Notes under the pieces: generated by a model | Databases searched by the model: none | Seen by the model: only the letters and a program-made list of their open reading frames with translations | Told to the model about the DNA's origin: nothing | Position numbers and translations under genes: made by a program | In this document: one piece after another, positions 19,089 through 28,418 of the stretch | Numbering within the stretch: position 1 is the first letter of the stretch | Layout of the letters: each line of letters opens with the position of its first letter | Assembly (NCBI GenBank): GCA_044224875.1 | Contig: JBGAJQ010000002.1 | Span: 1-64,000, forward strand | DNA: 64,000 bases | Source: Gemmatimonadaceae bacterium | GTDB taxonomy: Bacteria > Gemmatimonadota > Gemmatimonadetes > Gemmatimonadales > Gemmatimonadaceae | Direction of reading: 5' to 3'

Positions 19089-19092
19089 CGAG

Positions 19093-19575
19093 ATGCAACA
19101 CCTGGATGAACTTCGCGCGCACCTGTTTCGCGCTCTCGAGTGGGGCGACGCCCACGCAACCTTCGAAGCCGTAACCGCCGGCGTCCCCGCCGAGTTCAGG
19201 GGTCGACAACCCCCTGGTCAGGAGCACACACTGTGGCAGCTGACGGAGCACCTTCGGCTGGCACAGGAGGACATCCTCGACTTCTGTGTCAACGCGAACT
19301 ACGCCGAGCGCGAGTTCCCGGAGGGATACTGGCCGCCGAGTCCCGCACCTCCATCGGAGTCGGCTTGGCAGGAGAGCCTCGCGGCCATCCGACGCGACCG
19401 GCAAGCACTGCAACAGTTGGCGAGCGATTCAGCTTGCGATCTCTTTGCCGCGATCCCGCATGGCACCGGGCAGACCATTCTCCGCGAGATCTTGCTGGTG
19501 ATCGACCACAATGCGTACCACGTCGGCCAGCTGGTGCTGGCTCGGCGAGCCCTTGGCATCTGGCCCCCGACGTGA
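19093..19575 (+). CDS. DinB family protein
   Basis: AHATF, TLWQLTEHLRLAQEDI and LREILLVIDHNAYHVGQ motifs. Confidence 0.9.
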   Translation: MQHLDELRAHLFRALEWGDAHATFEAVTAGVPAEFRGRQPPGQEHTLWQLTEHLRLAQEDILDFCVNANYAEREFPEGYWPPSPAPPSESAWQESLAAIRRDRQALQQLASDSACDLFAAIPHGTGQTILREILLVIDHNAYHVGQLVLARRALGIWPPT

Positions 19576-19579
19576 GCTC

Positions 19580-19825
19580 CTAGCCCCGCACCCGACTCCG
19601 TTCGGCAGGGTCAGTTTGCTCTGAGCGTCGTGCACGCCTCAGGAGCAAGGCGCCGCCCACAAGGAGGCCGCCCGAGGCAAGGAAGGTCAGCTTGTAGAGG
19701 GCAATGTTGAGCAACGCGGGAGGAAGTCGTGCCGGCTGAAAACCGAATACGAGTCCCAGTCCGGCTGCTGCTCCCACGACGAGGCCCAGAAACAGCAGGG
19801 CAGAACCGGCTCGGCTCAGGCGCAT
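19580..19825 (-). CDS. Small hypothetical membrane protein (2 TM helices)
   Basis: Two hydrophobic helices from ATG 19825 (MRLSRAGSALLFLG...). Confidence 0.6.
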   Translation of the reverse strand: MRLSRAGSALLFLGLVVGAAAGLGLVFGFQPARLPPALLNIALYKLTFLASGGLLVGGALLLRRARRSEQTDPAERSRVRG

Positions 19826-20151
19826 GACATGCTCACGTTGGGGAGACCAGAGGTCGTACGGCATGCGATCATAGGTTGTGTCAGTGTAGCCATGTAAGGT
19901 GGCAATTGGAATTCCTTCGCTCGGTCGCGTGCCGCCGCGTGTACGGTCGGCCATGGAGCGGGTCCTCGACACACGCGTACCCGATGGGGCGATTGGTGGC
20001 GCACACTGGCGAGGCGCCCTGCGTTTCGCTCGATTTCTGGTGAAGCGCACGGCGCTCGCACATCGGCAACTGGCGTTAGGCGCTTGTTCTGAACGACCTG
20101 CCTCCGGATCGACGTGTCCCTTCGGCAGGATTCACCCCGTCCCCTGGCGAA

Positions 20152-20535
20152 ATGGCTCGAACATTCATCAGTTCCGGCTCGACCTTCGAGGCGACCATTG
20201 GGTACTCGCGTGCGGTCGTCGATGGTGACTTTGTGTTTGTCTCCGGTACCACCGGCTTCGACTACTCCACCATGACGATCGCTGACGATATGGTGCAGCA
20301 GACCGAGCAATGCATGCGGAACATCCAGGAGGCGCTGCAGCAGGCCGGCTCCACGATCGATGACGTTGTGCGGGTGCGGTATATCGTTCCAAATGGCGCC
20401 GACTTCGAGGCGAGTTGGCCTGTGCTGCGTCGCTATTTTGCCAAGGCGCGTCCGGCAGCCACGATGATTTCCGCGGGGCTTTTCGATCCGCGTATGAAGA
20501 TCGAGATCGAGGTGACGGCGCGTCGACCGGCGTAG
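20152..20535 (+). CDS. RidA/YjgF family protein
   Basis: IGYSRAVVDGDFVFVSGTTG, RPAATM and KIEIEVTA motifs. Confidence 0.92.
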   Translation: MARTFISSGSTFEATIGYSRAVVDGDFVFVSGTTGFDYSTMTIADDMVQQTEQCMRNIQEALQQAGSTIDDVVRVRYIVPNGADFEASWPVLRRYFAKARPAATMISAGLFDPRMKIEIEVTARRPA

Positions 20536-20566
20536 GCCGGCCAAGGGTCATCCACCGGGAGCACCG

Positions 20567-20743
20567 ATGCGAACGTATGTCATGACCACGGGAGTGCTCT
20601 TCGCGCTCATTACGGTCGCGCACATTGCGCGCATGGTAACCGAGCACATGTCGCCAATGAGGGAGCCGGTGTACCTGGCGCTGACGCTGGTGTCGGCGGG
20701 CCTCAGCGTCTGGGCGTTTCGTGTGGCGCGGGGGCATTCATAG
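20567..20743 (+). CDS. 58-aa two-TM small membrane protein (absent from the ORF track)
   Basis: GGGAG RBS, then ATG 20567: MRTYVMTTGVLFALITVAHIARMVTEHMSPMREPVYLALTLVSAGLSVWAFRVARGHS; it fills the gap exactly. Confidence 0.7.
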   Translation: MRTYVMTTGVLFALITVAHIARMVTEHMSPMREPVYLALTLVSAGLSVWAFRVARGHS

Positions 20744-20744
20744 G

Positions 20745-22512
20745 TCAGCCGTTTGGCGATAGGCTACCGGTATCGAGGACGGCGCGCACCGCCAGTTCCA
20801 ACGCCGGTCCGGTGAACGGCTTGCGGAGGAGGGGAGCACCCCTCGCCAGGACGCCGTGCCGGTCGACGTCTTCGGCCGCGTACCCGGTCATGTACAGGAC
20901 GCGGATCGCTGGATTTCGCCGCTGGATTTCCGCGGCAAGGTCAACGCCGCTCATCCCTGGCATGACCACATCCGTCAGCAGCAACCCGATCTGGCGGGCG
21001 TAGCGTTCATGAATGCGAAGCGCCTCGGCGGCATCGCGCGCCGGTAGCACCGTATAGCCGCGCGTCTCTAGGATACGCTGCACCAGCACACGTACCGAGT
21101 CCTCGTCTTCGGTCAGCAGGATGGTCTCGATGCCCGGCAGTGTGGCCGCGGTTGGCGGCACGGGGATGCTTGGCTGAGGAGTGGGCCCGGACATCGGCAG
21201 GTAGATTCGGAAGGTGGCCCCACGACCGACCTCGGAGTCCAGCGTGATGTGGCCGCCCGATTGCTTCACGATCCCGAACACGGTCGACAGGCCCAAGCCG
21301 GTGCCTTTGCCGACCTCCTTTGTCGAGAAGAACGGTTCGAAGATGCGATCGCGATGCTCGGGGGCCACGCCGTGTCCGTTGTCGGAGACGGTCAGGACCA
21401 CACAGGGTCCGCCGGGCAGGCCGTGGACGCGCTCATGGTCGCCAAGGGCATTGAGCACCAAGTTCTCGGTGGCGATTCGCACGCGCCCTCCGGCAGGCAT
21501 GGCATCACGGGCGTTGAGGACCAGATTCACGATCACCTGCTCCATCTGAGTGGGGTCCGCCGTTACGATGCCGAGCGCCGGTGCGGGGTCGAAGGTGACC
21601 TGGATATGCTCACCGATCAGCCGGCGCAACATGGACATCAACGCCGTCACCACGTCATTGAGGTCCATGGCCGTCGGCTGCAAGACCTGTTTGCGACTGA
21701 AAGGCGAGGAGTTGTCGGGTGAGGGCGGCAGCGCGTTCGGCGGCGCGGGAAATTTCCCGAAGGTCCAAGAGCCCCGGATTCTCCAAGGGCAAGGTGTCGG
21801 CAAGGAGTCCCGCGTGGCCGCGGATCACCGTCAGGATGTTGTTGAAGTCGTGCGCGACGCCGCCGGCGAGCGAGCCGACGGCCTCCAGCTTCTGTGACTG
21901 CCGTAGCTGCTCCTCCAACTGGCGCCGGACCGTCACATCGCGAAAGCTCCACACTCGCCCAATGATCTCGTCCCCGACCCGCTGCGGCATGGAATACCGC
22001 TCGAAGGTGCGCCCATCCCGGAACGGAACCACATCGAAGCTCTCGGCCTCCGGCTGGTCGTACAGCTCGCGCACCTTGTGCAGAAATTCGGTGGGGTTGG
22101 CGAGCTGCTCGTGGACGTACTCGAGGGCCCGGTCGTCGTCGCGCGACTCGACGACGACGTCAGGGATTCTCCAGAGCTCCACAAACCGCTGGTTCATCTG
22201 CACGATCTTGCCCTTGCGGTCGACCACAAGGATGCCGTCCGCGGTCGATTCCAGCGTGGCGGACAAGAGGGAGACGGCGCGATCGAGTTCGTCCTTCGCG
22301 CGCTGGCTCTCGTGTAGTGCGGCCTGGAGTCGCTGAAACCGATCCTCGAGCTCACGCGACACGGTCTGCATCGAGTGTTCCAGGATGGCGCGCTCGTGGT
22401 CCGCGTCCTCGTAGGCCCGCTCGACTGCCGCCAAGAGGGGTTGCAGTTCGGCGGGCAGGGGACTGGCCGAACCAACATACTGTCGCAGCTGCCGGGCTAA
22501 CAGTTTGTGCAC
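20745..22512 (-). pseudogene. PAS-HisKA-HATPase-REC hybrid histidine kinase split by a single-base frameshift at about 21700 (pseudogene or sequencing error)
   Basis: QSQKLEAVGSLAGGVAHDFNN in the upstream frame; NLVLNARDAM, GKGTGLGL and LLTDVVMP in the downstream frame. Removing one base from the run at 21700-21702 restores LTRQLLAFSRKQVLQP. Confidence 0.85.
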
Positions 22513-23173
22513 GCGTCAGTGGAGCGAGGGGTGGAAAAGAAAGGCGTTGCGTTCCCCGTCGCCACCTGCTGCCGGGTCGCCGTCAATGCCCGCATTGCGA
22601 TCCACCCCACCCCAATCGACCCGGACGTTGGCCGCCACACAAGGAACGCGCACAACGCTGCAGCCGTCACGTACAACGAGGGTTCGGCCAGACCAAAGCG
22701 CATGGAAACATACCCGGCTGGAAGTCAGCTACAAGACCGTCAACGTTAGGCACTGCTAATCCGGTCGAGTCCAAGCCCCCATCAACGGTCGAGCGCCGGC
22801 GCGGGGCATTGGACGCGCGGCACGCCTGAAGGCAATGTTACATCCGCGGGCTCGTTTTTGCCCACCTCAAGCACAGGTATTCCACCCACCGTGCATACTG
22901 AGCACCGCACGACGTGTCGCCACGACAGCCAAGGCACGCTCGCGACCTCCGCCGTGGTTAGCGCCCGTGCCGTCACACGCCGACTCGGACATGCGGACGA
23001 TCATCAACTCCCGGTGTACAAGATGGTTAGGTATCCAACGACCTCGAGGGGCCGAGCAGACCCTCAGCAGTACCGCTCAGGCCAGACGATTTGCGCGCTG
23101 GCGGCATCAAGGACAGTTTGCCGCATCCTCCATCCTTTGGTTCAGTCCGATGACGAACGACCGCGACCAACGC

Positions 23174-23839
23174 ATGCCTAAACACGCACTGCCACCCCTG
23201 TTGTCGGCTTGGACCCGATCGATCGTCCACGCCCGGGTCCCGGGCCTGGCATCGCGATCGCAGCTCCGCCCACAATCGTTCGCCGCCGAGCGAATCCGGG
23301 CAGCGGCCCGCATCGCGCTCATCGCGCTCCTGCAGCTCCTCGTGGGGACGGCAGCCACGGCTCAGGTCGTGAGCCCCAAGGTGAAGATGCCCGGATTCTC
23401 GCGAGAGATTTCGCTCGACACCCTCGTGTACTCGCGCGTGACCGTCAATGCGGCGCCCGACGTCGCGTTTGAGGCCCTGCGAGGCGTCTACACGAAGCTC
23501 AAGATTCCGCGGGAAATCACAGATTCATCGCAGGGCCTGATCTCGGCAATCCGATTCCGAACCTCCGGCTCCCTAGGCGGCCAGCGGTTTTCTACCTACC
23601 TGCGCTGTGGAGTAGGGCTCGAGGGGGACAACGCGGACACGTGGCAACTCTCGGTGGCCATCGCCTCCTTCCTCACGCCGACCGGAGACGGCCGTACGAA
23701 GATCGGGACAGGGTTTGTCGCCGGGGCGCGAAGCAATGGTGGCGCCGCCAAGGAGCCAGTGCTCTGTGCCTCGACCGGTGAGCTCGAGGCGCTCATCGCG
23801 CGCATGCTGACCGAGCAACTCGCCGCGCGCGCCAGATGA
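23174..23839 (+). CDS. Hypothetical exported protein (start uncertain)
   Basis: Signal-like helix IALIALLQLLVGTAATAQ followed by a globular domain with two Cys (YLRCG...CASTGELE). Confidence 0.6.
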   Translation: MPKHALPPLLSAWTRSIVHARVPGLASRSQLRPQSFAAERIRAAARIALIALLQLLVGTAATAQVVSPKVKMPGFSREISLDTLVYSRVTVNAAPDVAFEALRGVYTKLKIPREITDSSQGLISAIRFRTSGSLGGQRFSTYLRCGVGLEGDNADTWQLSVAIASFLTPTGDGRTKIGTGFVAGARSNGGAAKEPVLCASTGELEALIARMLTEQLAARAR

Positions 23840-23848
23840 CGCGCGCGG

Positions 23849-24145
23849 TCAGGCGGAAGGCGACGCCAGCCGTACCAGTAGCGTCCCCGCGAGAGTGCTG
23901 ACGTGAACGCCACTCGCAATGCCGCCGATCTGCTGTTCCGCCTCGTCATCCAGTAACAACCCACCGGACGCCAGGTACGCACCTAACGAAGGGACACTCA
24001 TGGCGGGAACACGGAATTGGAAGCGGAGCGCTTCGTCCGACTCCTCCACTTCGATCACGTCGCCTCCCAGGTGCTCCACGGTCCCTCGCACCATCTCCAC
24101 GACCTCGTCACGAGACATTTCCGATTCCGCGCCGAGCACGATCAT
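23849..24145 (-). CDS. Hypothetical protein (98 aa)
   Basis: GGAG RBS and plausible composition; no recognised motif. Confidence 0.55.
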   Translation of the reverse strand: MIVLGAESEMSRDEVVEMVRGTVEHLGGDVIEVEESDEALRFQFRVPAMSVPSLGAYLASGGLLLDDEAEQQIGGIASGVHVSTLAGTLLVRLASPSA

Positions 24146-24263
24146 GCGAGGGCTCCTTGTACGTCGGGGGATGACAGTCGCAGCGTCGTAGTGTCACGGC
24201 GGACACGCTGCTCGACGCCCCACTGAAGGTAACCACGACGACGCATGGCCATGCCCGGCAACG

Positions 24264-24911
24264 TTACCTGCGCCGCGCCGTCACCAACACGGCGATGTCG
24301 TCATTTCGTGGGTTGATGAAATCCAACCTGATGCGTCCGTCTTCGGTCACACTCACGGTGGTCGGGATCGAACAGTTCGTCAGCATCCAACCGGCAGGCA
24401 AAACCATGGCATTGGCCGGCCGACCGAACGCTCGGTCCCAAACCAACTCGTCACCGTTGACGAAATACCGATTCGGGTCAGCGTAGGTCTCGCTGATACG
24501 GAGTCGGACGGATTGTCCCGCTTTCACTGGGGGAAAACGAATGACCACAGCCTCGGTTTCCGGCTTGACCTCCTCTCCGATGTCCAACTTGGCAGCGAGA
24601 ATCTGCGCCCCGCTCATCGTTTCGGTGGCAAGGGACTCTCCGGTGTCGAGAATCTTCGCCGATGGATTCGACACCTTGCTTCCCGCACGGACGACATTGA
24701 TGTACTTGTCGACGCCGGGTCGAGATTCCGTGTAGTCGTGGTACAGGTCAAATGCATGCGTTTCAGGCTGCTGGAGGAAGTAGACGATCTCACGGTCCTG
24801 GTACGCGCGTTCACTCAGGCGCGCGTCTCGCCGATCCACCGTTTGCGCGGCGACATCACCAGCAGAGGCGGCCACCGACCACGCGATTAACGCGATCCTT
24901 GCAGAGCGCAT
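24264..24911 (-). CDS. Hypothetical exported protein, paralog of 24916..25548
   Basis: Signal peptide; shares TY.D...Y...GD, LPAG and DGR....FIN with its neighbour. Confidence 0.75.
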   Translation of the reverse strand: MRSARIALIAWSVAASAGDVAAQTVDRRDARLSERAYQDREIVYFLQQPETHAFDLYHDYTESRPGVDKYINVVRAGSKVSNPSAKILDTGESLATETMSGAQILAAKLDIGEEVKPETEAVVIRFPPVKAGQSVRLRISETYADPNRYFVNGDELVWDRAFGRPANAMVLPAGWMLTNCSIPTTVSVTEDGRIRLDFINPRNDDIAVLVTARRR

Positions 24912-24915
24912 GTCG

Positions 24916-25548
24916 TTACCTCCCCTTGAGCCGAACGCCACGGACCACATACGGTACCTCGGCTGGTCCGTTGTTGATGAACGAAACGCCAAGGCGTCCG
25001 TCACGTTCCAGGCGCACTTGTGAAGGGTAGTTCACGCCGATCAGCTCAAACCCGGCCGGCAGGATGACACTGTTCTTCTTGATGCCCAGCGGCCGCGTGA
25101 AGACGATGGTATCACCCATCACGAGGTAGCTCTTGGCGTCCTCGTAGGTCTTGTCGATACGAATGCGCCCCTCGCCACCGGGCGGGACGGGGCGCCCGAG
25201 GTGTACCTGGATGTACTCTCCCGTCGTGTCCGCATTCAGGACGCCGCCGGCACGTGCAACCCGGCCATTCACGACCTCGAAGCGCAGGGGGGACCCGGTC
25301 ATGCGGTCAAAGACCGCTTCGTCGGTTGCTATGCTTCCCTTGCGAATGGGGTTGAAGTAGCTCGTGGCCCCCGCTGTGGTGGCGGTGACCTCGTAGACGA
25401 TCCGGAATTTCGCACTGCCGGGAGCCAACAGCTCATACCGCGTATAGTGGTCGGCATCCGTCTGCCGCGCTGGCTGGGCAGCGACAGCTGCCGGTGCCGC
25501 GAGAAGCACGAACGCGAGTAACCAGGTGCCGCAATGCCGTGGTACCAT
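24916..25548 (-). CDS. Hypothetical exported protein, paralog of 24264..24911
   Basis: Signal peptide (AAPAAVAAQ) and the same conserved blocks. Confidence 0.75.
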   Translation of the reverse strand: MVPRHCGTWLLAFVLLAAPAAVAAQPARQTDADHYTRYELLAPGSAKFRIVYEVTATTAGATSYFNPIRKGSIATDEAVFDRMTGSPLRFEVVNGRVARAGGVLNADTTGEYIQVHLGRPVPPGGEGRIRIDKTYEDAKSYLVMGDTIVFTRPLGIKKNSVILPAGFELIGVNYPSQVRLERDGRLGVSFINNGPAEVPYVVRGVRLKGR

Positions 25549-25625
25549 CAAGCCCTCCGAATGAGATGGGCCCGCAACGCGTCCGATGAAGCGCTGCGGG
25601 CCCGGCAATCCGAATACGTGAGTCG

Positions 25626-25886
25626 TTAGGTAGTCGGCGACGTCGAGCCGAACTTGCGATAGGCCCACAACAGGAGCATCGCGCCCAGGACCGACGCGAT
25701 CAATCCAGCGCCCTGGCCTGGTTCATACCAGCCAACAATGCGCCCGAGGAATCCGGCGACAAACGACCCGGCGAGGCCGATTCCGATCGTGACGAGCGTA
25801 CCGCCGGGGTCTTTGCCTGGCATCAGGAACTTGGCAATCACTCCGACGATGAGTCCGATGCAGGCCGTCCAAATGATGCTCATCAT
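25626..25886 (-). CDS. GlsB/YeaQ/YmgE family (transglycosylase-associated) membrane protein
   Basis: IGLIVGVIAKFLMPG...IGLAGSFVAG...SVLGAMLLL pattern. Confidence 0.92.
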   Translation of the reverse strand: MMSIIWTACIGLIVGVIAKFLMPGKDPGGTLVTIGIGLAGSFVAGFLGRIVGWYEPGQGAGLIASVLGAMLLLWAYRKFGSTSPTT

Positions 25887-25910
25887 GGCATGTCCCCCTT
25901 GCAGGTGGGC

Positions 25911-26483
25911 CTACGTGGCATGGCGCCGTCCGAACAAGAACCGCCCGGACGCACGAAAGATAAGAAAGCATCCGAGCACACAAAGCAAGAGGGCCACCAC
26001 GGGCACAAACAGGGCCAGGCACACCGTGGCGATGGCGCCCACAAGTTCACCCGTGGAGATGACGGGGTTGGCCAGCCCGCCCGTCAACGCGGTGGACTTG
26101 ATCCGCGTCAGCACTGTCGCCCCTTGCACCAGCCCCGCAATTCCGCCGCCGCCGATGATCGGCACCAACCATTGCACGGCCGGTGGCATGTCGGTGAGCA
26201 CCGATGCGGAGGCCACCATCCCGGCCGCCATCGCCGCCGGTGTCGCCACTACGTCGAGTGCGTGGTCCAACCACGGCATGTAGTACGCAACCACCTCGAG
26301 GACGGTGGCGACGCCGAGCGCCAGCAAGGCTGGCGTCGACCCCAGCCAGTTGAAGCTGTCGGCGAGGTGCAGGTACCCGACCTTGGCGGCAATCCCGATC
26401 GCCAGTAATGGCACAAAGACGCGAAACCCCGCAGCGGCGGCGAGGCCGAGTCCCAAGGCAACGGCGATGATGATCCCTGGCAT
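25911..26483 (-). CDS. DUF4126 family membrane protein
   Basis: GLGLAAAAGFRVFVPL, EVVAYYMPWLDHALD and GGLANPVISTGE motifs. Confidence 0.88.
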   Translation of the reverse strand: MPGIIIAVALGLGLAAAAGFRVFVPLLAIGIAAKVGYLHLADSFNWLGSTPALLALGVATVLEVVAYYMPWLDHALDVVATPAAMAAGMVASASVLTDMPPAVQWLVPIIGGGGIAGLVQGATVLTRIKSTALTGGLANPVISTGELVGAIATVCLALFVPVVALLLCVLGCFLIFRASGRFLFGRRHAT

Positions 26484-28418
26484 CTACTTGAGTGCGAACG
26501 CCTGCAATGTTGTTCCGGCACCGGCACCCGTCGACACCAGCACGAACTGGCGGCCACCGGATGTGCGATACGTCATCGGGTTGCTGTAGCCGACCTGTCC
26601 CAGGTCAACCTGCCAGCGCACGCCGCCGTCCTTCACGTCAACGGCGTACAACGTGCTCCCACCGCCGGTGATGAAAATGAGCCCGCCGCGCGTGACCACT
26701 CCTCCGGGCGCCCCCGAAACGCCGAGCTCCGGCAGCTTGCGCCCACGCAACGCGGGGTGATTCCGGATGGCCGGCGTGTCGCCTAACGTTACTTGCCATC
26801 GATGTTCGCCAGTCGCCATGTCGATCGCCGTGAGGGTTCCGTACGGCGGCCGGTTGATCGGCAGGTCCGCAACAGAACGATCGGCATCACTCGGCACCCG
26901 TACACCGAGTGAAGCGCCCAACTCGGCCATGTAGTTGTCGTCTGCCGTATCAGCTGGCGTGTCCTTCTTCGAGATCTTCCACAGCGTCGGTGTGTTGGAA
27001 GTCTTCACGAACAACGTGCTCGATTCCGGGTCGAACATCGCGCCACCCCATCCGGCCCCGCCAATAGAGCCAGGGTACGTGATCGTTCCCTGCATGGACG
27101 GCGGCGTGTACAGCGGACCGGACTTGAACTTCCGCCACACCTCCATCGCGGCGGCCTTCACCTCCGGCGTCAGGTCGTTCACATCCGTTTCCGAAAATCC
27201 CTGTCGGGCGACCGGCGCCGGCTTGCTGGGAACGGGCTGCGTAGGCCAGGCCTCTTCCCCCGGCACATCGCTCGGAGGCACGGCGCGCTCGGCGATCGGC
27301 CATAGCGGCTTTCCGCTGGCGCGCTCGAAGGCGAAAATGAATCCCTGCTTGGTCGGAACGGAAACGGCCTCGATCGTACGACCGTCCCTGCGAATGTTGA
27401 TCACGTTAGGCGGTGCAGGGAGGTCGTAGTCCCACATGCCGTGATGCACCACCTGAAAGTGCCATACGCGCTCACCGGTTCGCGCATCCAGGCATAACAG
27501 CGTCTCGCCAAACAGGTTTGCTCCCTTGCGTCTGCCGCCGTACCAGTCATTGCTCGGCGTTCCCACGGGGAGGTACACATAGCCGCGGGCGCTGTCGACC
27601 GTGAACGGCGCCCACACGTTGGTATGTCCGGTGAAGCGCCAGGAATCGTCTCGCCAGGTATCGTTCCCCAGCTCACCGGCCTCAGGCACCGTCTTGAAGC
27701 GCCACACGCGCTTTCCCGTGCGAACGTCGAAGGCCTGGATGTCACCCGGGGGATCGCCCCTGTACACCAAGCGATCCGCCACGCCATTGCCGAGGATCAC
27801 CAGGTTCCCCCATACGACCGGCGGCGACGTATTCGTGTAGTGCAGTTTGTTGACTGGCCGTGACAGCCCCTCGAGGAGCGAGACTTCGCCGCTGTTGCCG
27901 AACGATGCAATCGGCTTTCCCGTCGCCGCGTCTAGCGCGAACAGTTTCCAGCGGGAATTCAGGAAGATGCGGCGCTCCTTTCCGTCGGTCCAACTCGCCA
28001 CCCCGCGATGCACGAAGCCTGTTCCGTTCGACGGTTGGCCCGCCGCGTACGCGCGGGGGTCGAATCGCCACAGTTCGCGACCAGTGTTCGCATCCAATGC
28101 GACGACGCGATTGAGTGGAGTCGGCAGGTACAACGTATCACGAATCATCAACGGCGTGGCCTGAAACGTTCCCGGACGCGAGGCGGCGGTGCTGTCCGTC
28201 TGCGGAATCGGCAGGTCACCGGTGGCCCACGACCAGACACGTTGCAGGCCGGCCACGTTGTCTCGGTTGATGTCGTTCAGCCGCGAGTACTTCATGCCGC
28301 CAGCATCGCCGCCGTACGTCGGCCATTCCACCAGCTTGGAACCGTCCTGCTGCGCCGACAACTCGCCAAGGGGCGCGGCGATACTGGCGGTACAAAGGGC
28401 GAAGGCGATCAAACGCAT
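26484..28418 (-). CDS. PQQ-dependent (quinoprotein glucose dehydrogenase-like) dehydrogenase, periplasmic
   Basis: EWPTYGGD...KYS.L..IN..NV, FQATPL, HRGVA, WHFQVVHHGMWDYD, PPYGTLTAID and NPMTY motifs; own signal peptide from ATG 28418. Confidence 0.9.
   Translation of the reverse strand: MRLIAFALCTASIAAPLGELSAQQDGSKLVEWPTYGGDAGGMKYSRLNDINRDNVAGLQRVWSWATGDLPIPQTDSTAASRPGTFQATPLMIRDTLYLPTPLNRVVALDANTGRELWRFDPRAYAAGQPSNGTGFVHRGVASWTDGKERRIFLNSRWKLFALDAATGKPIASFGNSGEVSLLEGLSRPVNKLHYTNTSPPVVWGNLVILGNGVADRLVYRGDPPGDIQAFDVRTGKRVWRFKTVPEAGELGNDTWRDDSWRFTGHTNVWAPFTVDSARGYVYLPVGTPSNDWYGGRRKGANLFGETLLCLDARTGERVWHFQVVHHGMWDYDLPAPPNVINIRRDGRTIEAVSVPTKQGFIFAFERASGKPLWPIAERAVPPSDVPGEEAWPTQPVPSKPAPVARQGFSETDVNDLTPEVKAAAMEVWRKFKSGPLYTPPSMQGTITYPGSIGGAGWGGAMFDPESSTLFVKTSNTPTLWKISKKDTPADTADDNYMAELGASLGVRVPSDADRSVADLPINRPPYGTLTAIDMATGEHRWQVTLGDTPAIRNHPALRGRKLPELGVSGAPGGVVTRGGLIFITGGGSTLYAVDVKDGGVRWQVDLGQVGYSNPMTYRTSGGRQFVLVSTGAGAGTTLQAFALK

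Noticed and set aside
22497..23150. Short ORFs in the long gap upstream of the histidine kinase (e.g. 22497..22703, 22782..22976)
   Set aside because: No recognisable motif or convincing RBS; they cannot be supported.
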